From the NCBI GenBank assembly GCA_030390025.1, contig CM059431.1, positions 100,566,001-100,630,000 of the forward strand: a stretch of DNA of 64,000 nucleotides, read 5' to 3'. The position numbers and the translations under genes were made by a program. The notes beneath the pieces are model-generated. The model saw only the letters and a list, made by a program, of their open reading frames with translations, searched no databases and was not told the DNA's origin. This DNA is from Squalus acanthias (taxonomy: Eukaryota). Of the stretch, positions 47,773 to 59,454 are shown in pieces. The stretch's first letter is position 1. Each line of letters starts with the position of its first letter.

Positions 47773-48664
47773 TAGGTAGTTTCCTTTGCTATTACTTTTC
47801 GCTTTCCAAATGAGTTTTTTCCTTTGATTGCTTATATTACCTTCTGACAAATATTCTCATTTAAGGTTTGGCTATAAACGAAAGGAAACGAGAACAATAC
47901 AATGTTTGCTTTTACCAGCAAATGTGTTCTGTGGACTTAAAAAAAAAAATAACCATAAACACTGAGAAACAACAGCAGGAACTCCAACTTGCATTTATAT
48001 AGCGCCTTTAAAGTAGTAAAATGTCCCAAGGTGCTTCACGTCATCTACTCCTCACACTAAATGGAATTTCTGCAAGGTTCATTAACAAATGTAGCACTGC
48101 ATCTGAAAAAGCCGCTTTGCATGACACTATCCTGCCTCAGATTAATTTGAGATTTACTAGTCAAAGTGAAGCAGTATCTGAAGATGGTCTAATAAATAGG
48201 CCCTGCCTCAACGTAGTACTAAGCCATACAACAACTTGCATTTATATAGCCCCTTTAACGTAGTGAAACGTCGCAAGGCGCTTCACAGGAGCGTTATCAA
48301 ACAAAATTTGACCGAGCCACATAAGGAGATATTCGGACAGGAGCTTGGTCAAAGAGGTAGGTTTTAAGGAGCGTCTTAAAGGAGGAGAGAGAGGTGAAGA
48401 AACCAGAAAGTGTCTGCAAACACATGGAGGGTGTAATCGACACTTTAAAGGAACATCACTGTCCATGTTTTAGAAAAGACTCCACAGGAGACACTACAGA
48501 TTATGTGATAAAGACACCATCCCAATCCAATCAGTCTTCATTTAAAATCTCTGATGAAGAGGTAGCACAGAGCTCCCTCACTGCTGAGTGAATAAAGACA
48601 CTGCTGGTATAACACTAAACCATACAGACAAAATGAACCATGCCTGCCAGGACTCTACAACTGC

Positions 48665-48945
48665 ATCTGCCCTCTCAGGTGGACGTAAAAGATCCCATGG
48701 AACTATTTCGAAAAAGAGTTCTCCCCAGTGTCCTGGCCAATAATTATCCCTCAACCAACATCACTAAAGCAGATTATCTGATCATTATCTCATTGCTGTT
48801 TGTGGGAGTTTGCGGTGCATAAATTGGCTGACGCGTTTCCTACATTACAACAGTGATTACACTGTACCTCATTGGCTGCAAAGCGCTTTGGGATGTCCTG
48901 AGTTCATGAAAGGCATTGTAGAAATGCAAGTCTTTCTTTTCTTTC
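48665..48945 (+). mobile_element. DeuSINE 3' part
   Basis: Reverse complement of 16910-17200. Confidence 0.82.
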
Positions 48946-49274
48946 TTCCATGAAATTCCTGAAGATCAGGACTTAACCATTCCTGCTACTTCCATGCTTA
49001 GCTAGCCTCTCCTCCCCAGGTTCCAGGCTCACAAGCCCAATCTTCTCTTCCCAGCTCCAGTAAGTGCTGCTTCCTCATCTCTCCAAACCCCAAACAAAAC
49101 TTCCCCTTCCAGTTGCACCATCGCTCCTGCCTCCCAATTCCATAACCCTGATTTGAACACGCTGCTCATTCCAAAGCTCAAGTTCACCCACAGTTTCTCT
49201 CTCACCCAGACAAACTAATACCAGTCGGGGTCATGGTTATGGACCTATCACGACAACAGGAACATCATTCGTAA

Positions 49275-49738
49275 GAAACATAAGAATTAGGAGCAGGAGG
49301 TCGGCCATTCGGCCCCTCGAGCCTGCTCCGCCATTCAATACGATCTTGGCTGATCTTTGAACTCAACTCTACTTTCCCGCCCGATCCCCATATCCCTTGA
49401 TTCCCCTAGAGTCCAAAAATCTATCTATCTCAGCCTTGAATATGCTCAACGACTGAGCATCCACAGCCCTCTGGGGTAGAGAATTCCAAAGATTCACAAC
49501 CCTCTGAGTGAAGAAATTTCTCCTCATCTCAGTCCTAAATGGCCGATCCCTTATTCTGAGACTATGCCCCCTAGTTCTAGGCTCTCCAGCCAGGTGAAAC
49601 AGCCTCTCAGCATCTACCATGTCAATCCCCTTCAGAATTTTAGATGTTTCAATGAGATCACCTCTCATTCTTCTAAACTCCAGAGAGTATAGGCCCATTC
49701 TACACAATGTCTCATCCCAGGACAACCCTCTCATCCCA
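49275..49738 (-). mobile_element. CR1-A 3' fragment
   Basis: ORF 49369..49764 is the CR1 ORF2 C-terminus. The tail is present. Confidence 0.86.
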
Positions 49739-51159
49739 TTTGCCCTGCCACAGACCAGCATCACAAATCCCGCCCACCCGCCCTACCGTTATCTTCCAAA
49801 CTCCAATACCCTCACTGCCTCCCAGCCCATGCCCTGGTCCCAGTTTCCTTCACTCATTAAAGGAAGTTCTCAACAGGCTTTCCATTCTCTTCCCAACCAG
49901 ATGCAGTAACCACCATTATGTTGGTTGCCATATTGCTTTTTTAAAAAAAAACATACAATTGGGTAAAGCAACATACAGGAGACATAGAGAGAGAGAGTGC
50001 GAGCCATAAAGAGAAGGGAGATGGAAGGAAGAAGCAACTTGCATAAAGGCAGAGGCAGAAAGCGCTACGATAAGGCAAACAGCTAAATGTGTGCGAAAGC
50101 CATACAAAGAGGGGAAAGAGTGGAAGTAAAATCGAAAGAAGCAGACAGAAAGAATTAGAGTGAGACACAAGCAGACAGCTGCAGCAAGAAAGAGAATGTT
50201 CTATTTTGAGCAACTATTAAAAAATAAAGTTATAATTGTAAATATTATGTACTGTTTACATTACTGATCTAGCATTGCCTACACAGTTTTATTTTTCTTC
50301 AATATTTCTCCCTACCTCTCCTGAAGGTGGAAACTCATGCTGGGGACTGGTTTATTGGGGGCATGCAGCACTCCAAAAACTCACCCAAGTGACCAATGTT
50401 TTATCTGTGAGCCAAGTGTACAAAGAAATGCGACAATAACTCCGCCTCCGTAAAATGAGGCACGCATTCAATAAACCCAATTCCTGCACATAATGTTAGC
50501 AGTGATAATGTACGTGGAAACTGGAAAAGGTTACAACCCACACAGAACCTAGAAAAACATACACTTCAGCCAAAACAAGTAATGCATAGGAAGTGCGGCA
50601 GGCAATTGGTTTTAGAAGCACAAACATAACATTAGTAGACCCATGAGATACTTCTAATATAGCCACACCTGGAGAGTTACTCTGCTTTCCCTTCCCAATT
50701 CACCAGGGCAAACAACACAGCAGCCAAACCACCAGCCTCCCCCCCCATATGGTCAGGTTATTAAACATGACTATTGATTGCATAAAGTTGCATAATCTCC
50801 AGGGTAATAGCAGTATATCAAAACTGTCTCCTGACAACCTCAATAAAATTCTGATTGGGTTTCAAGAAAAGCAAAACTTAAAAAATGCGAAATGCGCGAA
50901 TTTTGTATCTCACTGCTATACGCCGGCAAAGTTTACAACTTGATGTGCTTTTCTTTCCAAAGTTTCCGCCCTCCTTGCTGCAGTATGGAACGTCACACAA
51001 GTGGCCCATGTTCACATGTGAGCCTTGAGTGAATGTCAGCAGGCCATTCAACCACAGACAGCATCGCAGCAGAGTCCAAACACACGTGCACTTCCCGCAA
51101 GCCTTGGCAGTCAGCAATCATGCACAGAAACCCTGGCCGAATTTTCTCGTTCCCCACCC

Positions 51160-51805
51160 AACAACAACTACTTGCATTTGTAGAGCGCCTTTAACATAGT
51201 AAAAACGTCCCAAGGTGCTTCGCAGGAGCGTTATCCGACAAAATTTGACATCGAGCCATATAAGGAGATATTAGGACAGGCGACGAAATGCTCGGTCAAA
51301 GAGGTAGCTTTTAAGGAGCGACTCAAAGGAGGAGAAAGAGGTAGAGACGCGGAGAGGTTTAGGGAGCTTAGGGCCCAGGCAGCTGAGGCATGGCCACCAA
51401 TGGTGGAGCGATGAAAATCAGGGATGCGCAAGAGGCCAGAATTGGAAGAGCGCAGAGATCTCAGAGGGTTGTAGGCAATGTTTACTTTCATTTTTTTTGA
51501 CGGCGCGCGGCCCCCTTTAAGGGGCTGCGTGGGCCATTCAAAATACCGCTCATGTCCGTCTTTTGTATTCAAAAGCCGGCTGCACGGGATCCCTGGAGCC
51601 TTGAGCGGCCGTGCAGCTTACAGGGAGCATTGGTTGTGGGGCTGGAGGAGGTTACAGAGATAGGGAGGGGCGAAGCCATGGAGGGATTTGAAATCATGGA
51701 TGAGAATTTTAAATTCGAGGCGTTGCTGGACCGGGATCCAATGTCGGTCAGCAAGCACAGGGGTGCTGGGTGAAGGGGACTTGGTGTGAGTTAGGATACA
51801 GGCTG
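51160..51805 (-). mobile_element. L2 3' fragment interrupted by an hAT-type MITE
   Basis: Collinear with other L2 copies on either side of 51476-51632. Confidence 0.8.
51476..51632 (+). mobile_element. hAT-type MITE (157 bp)
   Basis: CAATGTTTAC...GGGAGCATTG with an 8-bp TSD GTTGTAGG/GTTGTGGG. The internal CCCTTTAA...GGCTGC...CCATTCAAA is shared with 2364-2520. Confidence 0.78.
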
Positions 51806-53391
51806 TTGAGGCCATCTGCAGAGCCCATGCAGCTGCCCTGCTGAGATCAACTAGCTCAGAACAGCCCAGGGGTCAAAGCTGGGTCCTTCCTGGTCTACAT
51901 ATTTAAACTATCCCACTGGACAAACTTACTGAGCCATTGGTGGCGCCAATTATAAAAGTAACGTTCATTAGTGGTAATTATAGTTGCTGCAGGATCCTGA
52001 ATGACGCAAAAAGGATTTTAAATACTCTTGGCTTGAAGAAAAATGGACCTCTAAGGACTGCGTGCACTGTGGAAAAGTTGCATATATAATGTGTTATTCT
52101 AGTAACTGCAGCCTGGCAAACTGTTGTTAATATTTTTCAGTGTTGCATATGAGCACAGTTCTGTAACCTTCACTCCATTTCCTCTCTTCATCTCCAGGAT
52201 TATAGGATCATTTTTTTTCTATCCCTCTTTAGCATTCTGCAAAGAGTGAAACCGTTCTCTATTCTTATGAATACCGTACTTTAAGATTGGGTTAAAACAA
52301 CATACAATTTTTTTTTCCTCTCAACATTCAAGCCTTTCCTTTTTCTGAAGCACAGTGAGAGAATTTCAATGTTTTTTTGTGAAACAGGCCTTTGACAATG
52401 AAACTCACAGTTTGTGGCAGAATGAAAGTCAAACAAAGAAAGTGGCTTGAAGTTTGACAATGAGGCAATTGTCAATCATCCATAACCATTTCCTGCAGGA
52501 AACGTGTGTCCATTACTTCGGTGTTATGGTCAAGAATTATACACTGGTTTACGACTCCAATGCTACCAAAATTTTTGTGTTGCAAAAACCAGAAGGTTGT
52601 GGGTTGAATCCCACCTGGGGCTTTGGAGTGTATACTAAAGACAGACCACGCACGATTCTTCACGGAGCATGTTAAACCGAGGGCTTTTCTTCCTGTCACA
52701 GTGGATGATAACAATCCCACACATTCTAGCACAGAGTAGAAGGTAACTCTGGCGTCACATCCAATGCTCCCCTAAGAAAACATTTCCAATACCTCACTTC
52801 ACTTTAGTCAATCTTATTGGGTTACCCTGATTACATATCAAAATAAACGCTTATGATTATTAATACTTCACTGCATTCATTTTCTTGCAGTTGTTGTAAA
52901 GTAATGCTGTTTCAGGAGTACAACATTGTGAATTACTCATACACTCGGAGTGTAACAGTGAGTTAGTCATCCATTTCTATCTCCATAGCAGTTCATTTTA
53001 AAAACTACTTCGATCATTTATAAAATTGTAAATAATAGATTTACATTAACATTAGAGAATTGAGTTCCCAATTCCATCTAAACTAAAACTAGTGGTATTA
53101 TATAAGAGACAATATGTATGAAGCTTACATTATACAAATATTTACTGCAGTCAAGGATTACAGTGTTGTGTGACTTAAAAGAGTTTACTCTGAAGGTTTG
53201 AGTTACCACACATTTAAGGTCAATAGCTTACCAATTGGAGGGCAGAAAATGGCTGGCAGTTTTTGTTATATACACCATTCCCTACCATGTTTAAAAAGAA
53301 AGAGAAAACTTTGTACTACACTTCCTGTAAAGCTTCACACCAGCAATTCCAAGTTACCAACATTCTCACAGCACGTGGGCTGTGATTCAGC

Positions 53392-53892
53392 CACAACAAC
53401 TTGCATTTATATAGCGCCTATAACATAGTAAAATGTCCCAAGGCGCTTCACAGGAGTGTTTTAAGACAAAAAATTTGACACCGAGCCACATAAGGAGAAA
53501 TTGGGGCAAATGACCAAAAGCTTGGTCAAAGCGGTAGGTTTAAGGAGCGTCTTAAAGGAAGAAAGAGAGGTAGCGAGGCGGAGAGGTTTAGGGAGGGAAT
53601 TCCAGAGCTTAGGGCCGAGGCAACAGAAGGCACGGCCACCAATGGTTGAGCGATTATAATCAGGGATGCTCATGGGGGCAGAATTAGAGGAGCACAGAGA
53701 TATCAGAGGGTTTTAGGGCTGGAGGAGATTACAGAGACAGGGAGGGGCGAGGACATGGGGTGGGGGGGGGGGGGAGGGATTTGAAAACAAGGATGAGAAT
53801 TTAAAATCGAGGCGTTGCTTAACCGGGAGCCAATGTAGGTCACAAGAGGTGATGGGTGAACGGGACTTGGTGCGAGTTAGGACACGGGCAGA
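53392..53892 (-). mobile_element. L2 3' fragment
   Basis: ORFs 53461..53673 and 53713..53907 give L2 C-terminal peptides. Confidence 0.84.
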
Positions 53893-54149
53893 ATCGGGCG
53901 TTCCCAATGTGGAGCCACAAGTGGAGATTGGGGTTACAGTGCTGTAACCCCAATCTCTTCCTCAGGATCCCCTGTAACTGTAGATCCCTGTAGATAGTGT
54001 GGGCTTGTGGAATCATCCCTATAGACGCAATCTATTTTTTCTCGCTTTTTTTTTCCTTAAAAAAACTTCAACAATGCTGTCGTTCCACAGTAAAAGATGC
54101 ATTGGGGATGCTGAGATTGTACCTTGTGGTTCCAAGACCATTTGTAAGT

Positions 54150-54470
54150 TTATCACTTGTAGGGGAGTCCAAAACTCGGGGCCATAAATATAAGATAGTC
54201 ACCAATAAACCCAATTGGGAATTCAGGAGAAACTTCTTTACCCAGAGAGTGGTGCGAATGTGGAACTCGCCACCACAGAGAGTAGTTGAGGCGAATAGTA
54301 TAGATGCATTTAAGGGGAAGCTAGATAAACACATGAGGGAGAAAGGAATAGAAGGCTATGCTGATGGGGTGAGATGAAGAGGGGCGGGAGGAGGCTCGTG
54401 TGGAGCATAAACACCGGCATGGACCAGTTGGGCCGAATGGCCTGTTTCTGTGCTGTAGATTCTATGTAAT
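54150..54470 (+). mobile_element. CR1 subfamily C 3' end
   Basis: TRGHKYKIVTNK...FRRNFFTQRVVRMWNS peptide and ATTCTATGTAA tail. Confidence 0.85.
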
Positions 54471-54862
54471 CATGATTACAACCCGATAACTATTATCTCA
54501 GCCATATAACCACCCCACAGCATGCATTATACCCTTGAACAATACTTATTTTAAAATCAGGAGATTCTTTTAACACCTTGTTCCATTGGCTGTGGCGTGA
54601 CTTAATGGGGAACTTAGAAAACGAATCTTACAGGTAATGATTCAAGGGTGCATTGTATATTACATCAGCAGCTGTTCATTACTGAACTTCCTCCTTCCAT
54701 GAACGTGAAATAGCTACCATTCACAGGCCACACACGCTTGAATAAATTAGTTCTTTTTCATAAGTAAATTAGACCCACTAATAGAGTGTTATCAGTGAAA
54801 TATCCTACTTAAAAACAAGTGGGAGCGGCATAATCTTCCCCCAACCGCCTCTAAATTACATA

Positions 54863-55565
54863 GGCATGGATTTTACGGGACCTATGACCGCGTACGCCGT
54901 CGTAAGTGCCACGCAAGTTCTGGGCTTCCGCGTGCGCGAAAACCCGGAACTTGCGATCTGTCAAGTTTCAGCTCGACAGATCGTACGAATCCGCTGGAAA
55001 TTGACATTCGATGGCGCAGAGTTGGGCTATTTGCCCAGCGAATGCCCACCAAACCCTTACGCCTGGTGGGGCCTGCTTTTACCAGCAAAAGGGTTTAAAT
55101 AAATATTAAAATACATTTAAATAAATCATTTAAACATTCCCTTACATTTAAAATTAGTTTAGGTTATATTTGTCCCTTTTAAATTAAAGTTTTTATTTTA
55201 AATGTTTAATTAAATGGTATTTTAATTAATTTTGAACCTGTGATCATTTATTTTTATTTAGGTTGTGTGAAGTGTATTTTTTTTTAGGTGATTCCTGTTC
55301 TGCTTATGGGGATTCCGTACGTAAATGGAATCCCTGTAAGCATAATGGGAATCCCCCTTTGTGATTGGTTGGCCTGGCCCACGTGATCCCAGGGACGCTT
55401 GCGAACCGCCTGCGCCCCTGGGATCCGTGGGCCTTTACGCAGGCCCACGCCCCCAGGCCCAGGAGCGCGAGTCTTCAAGGTCTGGAGCCATCAGGTAGGT
55501 GCGGAGTTTTCTTGTAGTTCGGAGGCATTCGCCCGCAGCAAGCCTCCGACTGCCATTTCCAGGCC
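54863..55565. mobile_element. Harbinger-type MITE (703 bp)
   Basis: Termini GGCATGGATTTT and (rc) GGCCTGGAAATG, a 3-bp TSD ATA, and GC-rich arms around an AT-rich centre as in 29263-30031. Confidence 0.68.
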
Positions 55566-55928
55566 ATAGAATCATATCGAATCTTACAGCACAGAAACAT
55601 GCCATTCCGTGAATTATCCCAGTGTTTATCCTCCACACGAGTCTCCTCTCACCTTATTTCATCTCGCCCCATCAACATATCCTTCTCTTCCTTTCTCCCT
55701 TGCTTCAGAGTTAGGGAACAGAGTTAATAAATGAAACACAGTTTAATCTTGCAGACTGTAAAAATGGCCATTTGCTGAAATAATTACTCCTCCAAATCAT
55801 ACGAAGAAGGGTGGAATTTAATTTTTTTTTTCTATTGGAATTGCTGCTAAAATTCAGTGTTCTTTGTGGGTGTTTGAATGCAGAATCAGTTAATAATGCA
55901 GAACCACTGTGCATCAAAGACTCCTCAC

Positions 55929-56034
55929 CTTGTAGAATTTTCGAGAAATCTCTGAGCCTTCAGCAGTGTAACTACGTAAATCGATCCGACAGTGGCCAAC
56001 AGTTCCTTGTGCTCAGAATCTGCCAGCGGATGTC
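55929..56034 (-). CDS. PCCA: PCCA internal coding exon (equivalent to human exon 18)
   Basis: caacag|GA CAT CCG CTG...AAT TCT ACA AG|gtgagg, 106 nt, phase 1-2. It encodes (G)HPLADSEHKELLATVGSIYVVTLLKAQRFLENST(R), similar to human [35 protein letters not shown]. It joins both neighbouring exons in frame. Confidence 0.92.
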
Positions 56035-56060
56035 CTGTTGGGCAAGAGATTTTGAATAGG

Positions 56061-56755
56061 ATTACATAGAATGTACAGCAGAGAAACAGGTCATTCTAAA
56101 CTGATTCCTGGGATGAGAGGGTTGTCCCATGACGAGAGATTGAGTAGACTCGGTCTATATCCCCTAGAGTTTAGAAGAATGAGAGGTGATCTCATTGAAA
56201 CATATAAAATTCTTACCGGGCTTGACAGGGTAGATGCTGAGAGGATGTTGCCCTGGCTGAGGAGTCTACAACTAGGGGCCACATTCTCAGAATAAGGGGT
56301 TGCCCATTTAAAGACTGAGATGAGGAGGTATTTCTTCACTCAGAGGGTTGTGAATCTTTGGAATTCTCTACCCCAGAGGGCTGTGGATGCTCAGTTGTTG
56401 AGTATATTCAAGACTGAGATCGATAGATTTTTGGGCACTAAGGGACTCAAGGGATATGGAGATCGGGCGGGAAAGTGGAGTTGAGGTCGAAGATCAGCCA
56501 TGATCTTATTGAATGGCGGAGCAGGCTCAAAGGGCCTTTTGGCCTACTCCTGCTCCTAATTCTTATGTTCTATTCGGCCCAACTGGTCCGTGCCGGTGTT
56601 TGTGCTCCACACGAGCCTCCTCCCATCCTACTTCATCTCACCCTATCTGCATATCCTTCTATTCCTTTCTCCTTCTTGTGCTTATCTAGCCTCCCCTTAA
56701 AGGTATCTATGCTATTCGCCTCAACCACTCCCTGTTGTAGCAAGTTCCACATTTT
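56061..56755. mobile_element. Minus-strand CR1-C tail split by a plus-strand CR1-A fragment (about 56097-56570)
   Basis: The outer pieces rejoin as AAACAGGTCATTC|GGCCCAACTGG. The inner piece encodes LIPGMRGLS...RMRGDLIETYK. Confidence 0.83.
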
Positions 56756-56944
56756 TTAGAATAAAATTTCCTCCCATTTGTAACCTTAAATCATATAAAT
56801 AGAAAACAATTTACTATGGTGGATGATGTGGCTATAGTTTCATTAAAAGCCCATCTCAAAATATGTAAATTAAGATAAAAGTACATCTCTGTGGATTTTA
56901 TGCAGACTATCATGTCACCAGAATGTTACCGGGGGCTAAAAGTA

Positions 56945-57580
56945 TAGTATTTCCTTGAATATAGAAGATTAAGGGATGATCTAATTGAGGTATTGAAGAT
57001 TATCAAAGGAGTTGACAGTCTAGATAGAGAGAAACTATTTCCTCTGGTGGGGGAGCCCAGAACAAGGGGGCATAACCTTAAAACTAGAGCCAGGCCATTC
57101 AGGGGTGATGTCAGGAAGCACTTCTTCACACAAAGGGTGGGGGAAATCTGGAACTCTCTCCCCCCAAAAAGCTGTTGAGGTTGCGGGAGGGGGGGGGGCA
57201 ATTGAAAATTTCAAATCTGAGATTGATAGATTTTTGTTGGGTAAGGGTATTAAGGGATAAGAACATAAGAAATAGGAGCAGGAGTCGGCCGTACGGCCCC
57301 TCGAACCTGCTCCTCCATTTAATAAGATCATGGCTGATCTTCGACCTCAACTTCACTTTCATGCCCGATCCCCATATCCCTTGATTCCCCTAGAGTCCAA
57401 AAATCTATCTATCTCAGCCTTGAATATGCTCAAAGACTCAGCATTCACAGCCCTCTGGGGCAGAGAATTCCAAAGATTCACAACCAAGGTGGGTAAATGG
57501 AGTTAAGATACAGATCAGCCATGATCTAATTGAATGGTAGAACAGGCTGGAGGGGTTGAATGGCTTATTCCTGTTTCTAT
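56945..57580 (+). mobile_element. Further CR1 subfamily 3' fragment split by a minus-strand CR1-A tail (about 57258-57486)
   Basis: TRGHNLKTRARPFRGDVRKHFFTQRV peptide. The inner piece matches 10163-10390. Confidence 0.78.
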
Positions 57581-57769
57581 ATTGCTACAAGTATTGGCAA
57601 AACTAAAAATATTGCACAAATCGCATAATTGTGTGAAAACTGTTAAGAGAATTCAAGTGGTTATAAAATGCTATTTCATCACACAATATTGCAGTGCTCT
57701 TCTTTTTAGGCTTTCTGGAGTTAGATATATGGCACTGGACTAGGTTCCAGTTGATTCCCCAGCCAGCAA

Positions 57770-58985
57770 GTTACACCTCCTCTAGACCCATCTTTTGTTT
57801 CTTTAATTGTCCCATTACCATCTCCTTTTGCCTTGCATCAGCATCCCTTTTGTCATTTAATCTCTCCTGCCTTTCATCCTATCACAGACCTTCCCTTTTG
57901 TTCTTTCCTCCCCTCCCTCCTTTCCCTGCCCCTGCACTTGCTTAAAAATCTGTTACATCTCTAACTTTTTCCAGTTCTGACGAAAGGTTAACTCTGTTTC
58001 TCTCTTCTGGGACTCTGTCTTCCTGTGATTCTGTGAGGAGGATGCAGAGAAACTTCAGTTGATTTGGACAGGTTGGGTGATTATACTGCATCTGCCATGC
58101 ATCTGCCCAATGTGGATAAATGCGAGGTTATCCACTTTGGTGGCAAAAACAGGAAGGCAGATTATTATCTGAACGGCAAATGATTGGGAAAAGGGGAAGT
58201 GCAACGAGACCTGGGTGTCCTTGTGCACCAGTCGCTGAAGGTAAGCATGCAGGTGCAGCAGGCGGTTAAGGCGGCAAATGGTATGTTGGCCTTCATAGCA
58301 AGAGGATTCGAGTACAGGAGCAAGGATGTCTTGCTGCAGTTGTACAGGGCCTTGGTGAGACCACACCTTGAGTATTGTGTGCAGTTTTGGTCGCCTTATC
58401 TGAGGAAGGATGTTCTTGCCATGGAGGGAGTGCAGCAAAGATTCACCAGACTGATACCTGGGATGGCAGGAATGAGGTATGAGGAGAGATTGGGTCGATT
58501 AGGCTTATATTCGCTAGAGCTTAGAAGAATGAGAGCGGATCTCATTGAAACTTATAAAATTCTAACAGGACTAGACAGACTAGATGCAGGAAGGCTGTTC
58601 CTGATGGCGGGGGAGTCCAGAACCAGGAGTCACAGTCTAAGGATAAGGGGTAAGCCATTTAGGACTAAGATGAGGAGGAATTTCTTCACCCAGAGAGTGG
58701 TGAACCTGTGGAATTCTCTACCACAGAAGGCAGTTGAGGCCAATTCATTAAATATATTCAAGAAGCAGTTAGATATATTTCTTAAGGCTAAGGGGATCAA
58801 GGGATATGGGGAGAAAGCAGGGACAGGGTACGGAATTTGGATGATCAGCCATGATCTCATCGAATGGCGGAGCAGGCTCAAGGGGCCAAATGGCCTACTC
58901 CTGCTCCTATCTTCTATGTTTCTATGTTTCTCCGCAGATGCTGCCTGGCCCGCTGAGTGTTTCCAGCATTTTCTGTTTTTATTTA
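57770..58985 (+). mobile_element. Penelope tail split by a CR1-A' copy (about 58031-58927)
   Basis: Tail pieces at 57770-58005 (hammerhead stem II deleted) and 58928-58985. The inner ORF 58184..58999 starts with the CR1 ORF2 C-terminus. Confidence 0.85.
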
Positions 58986-59454
58986 AGCAAGTTACATAAT
59001 GACAAGGGTGAGAAGAAATGTAGAGAGCTGCGGTATTTTGTTTAAAGAAATATTCAGAATACAGATGACATTTTCTGATTTGCAAAATTCAAATGAAACT
59101 TCAAAACACCTCTCTTTATAAAATAATCAAATCCGACAAATAAAATTGGAACTCTTGATACACAATGACTGACAGCAAGTGAACAACTATAAGGACTGAG
59201 TTTCCACGGCGTCCATCATTTACAGTACCAGGAACATCAGTGAATGCACCATGAAAGAGTCATTCCCATGTGAATGGAGCTCCCAGTTTCCAAAATAAAT
59301 TTTACATGTCGGCAAGAGCTTCCAATTGCCGTCAGGAAAACACCAACTAAGTCCATTATTTGGTGGGTGTCTCCAACTAAACATAGCCACTTTCCAATTT
59401 CTGAATATTTAAGTGACCTGCAGACTGCGTGGCAAATAGTCGGGTTCAGACTGG

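Noticed and set aside
49960..50200. GA-rich stretch giving hydrophobic minus-strand ORFs
   Set aside because: Low-complexity composition explains the ORFs, and there is no recognisable domain.
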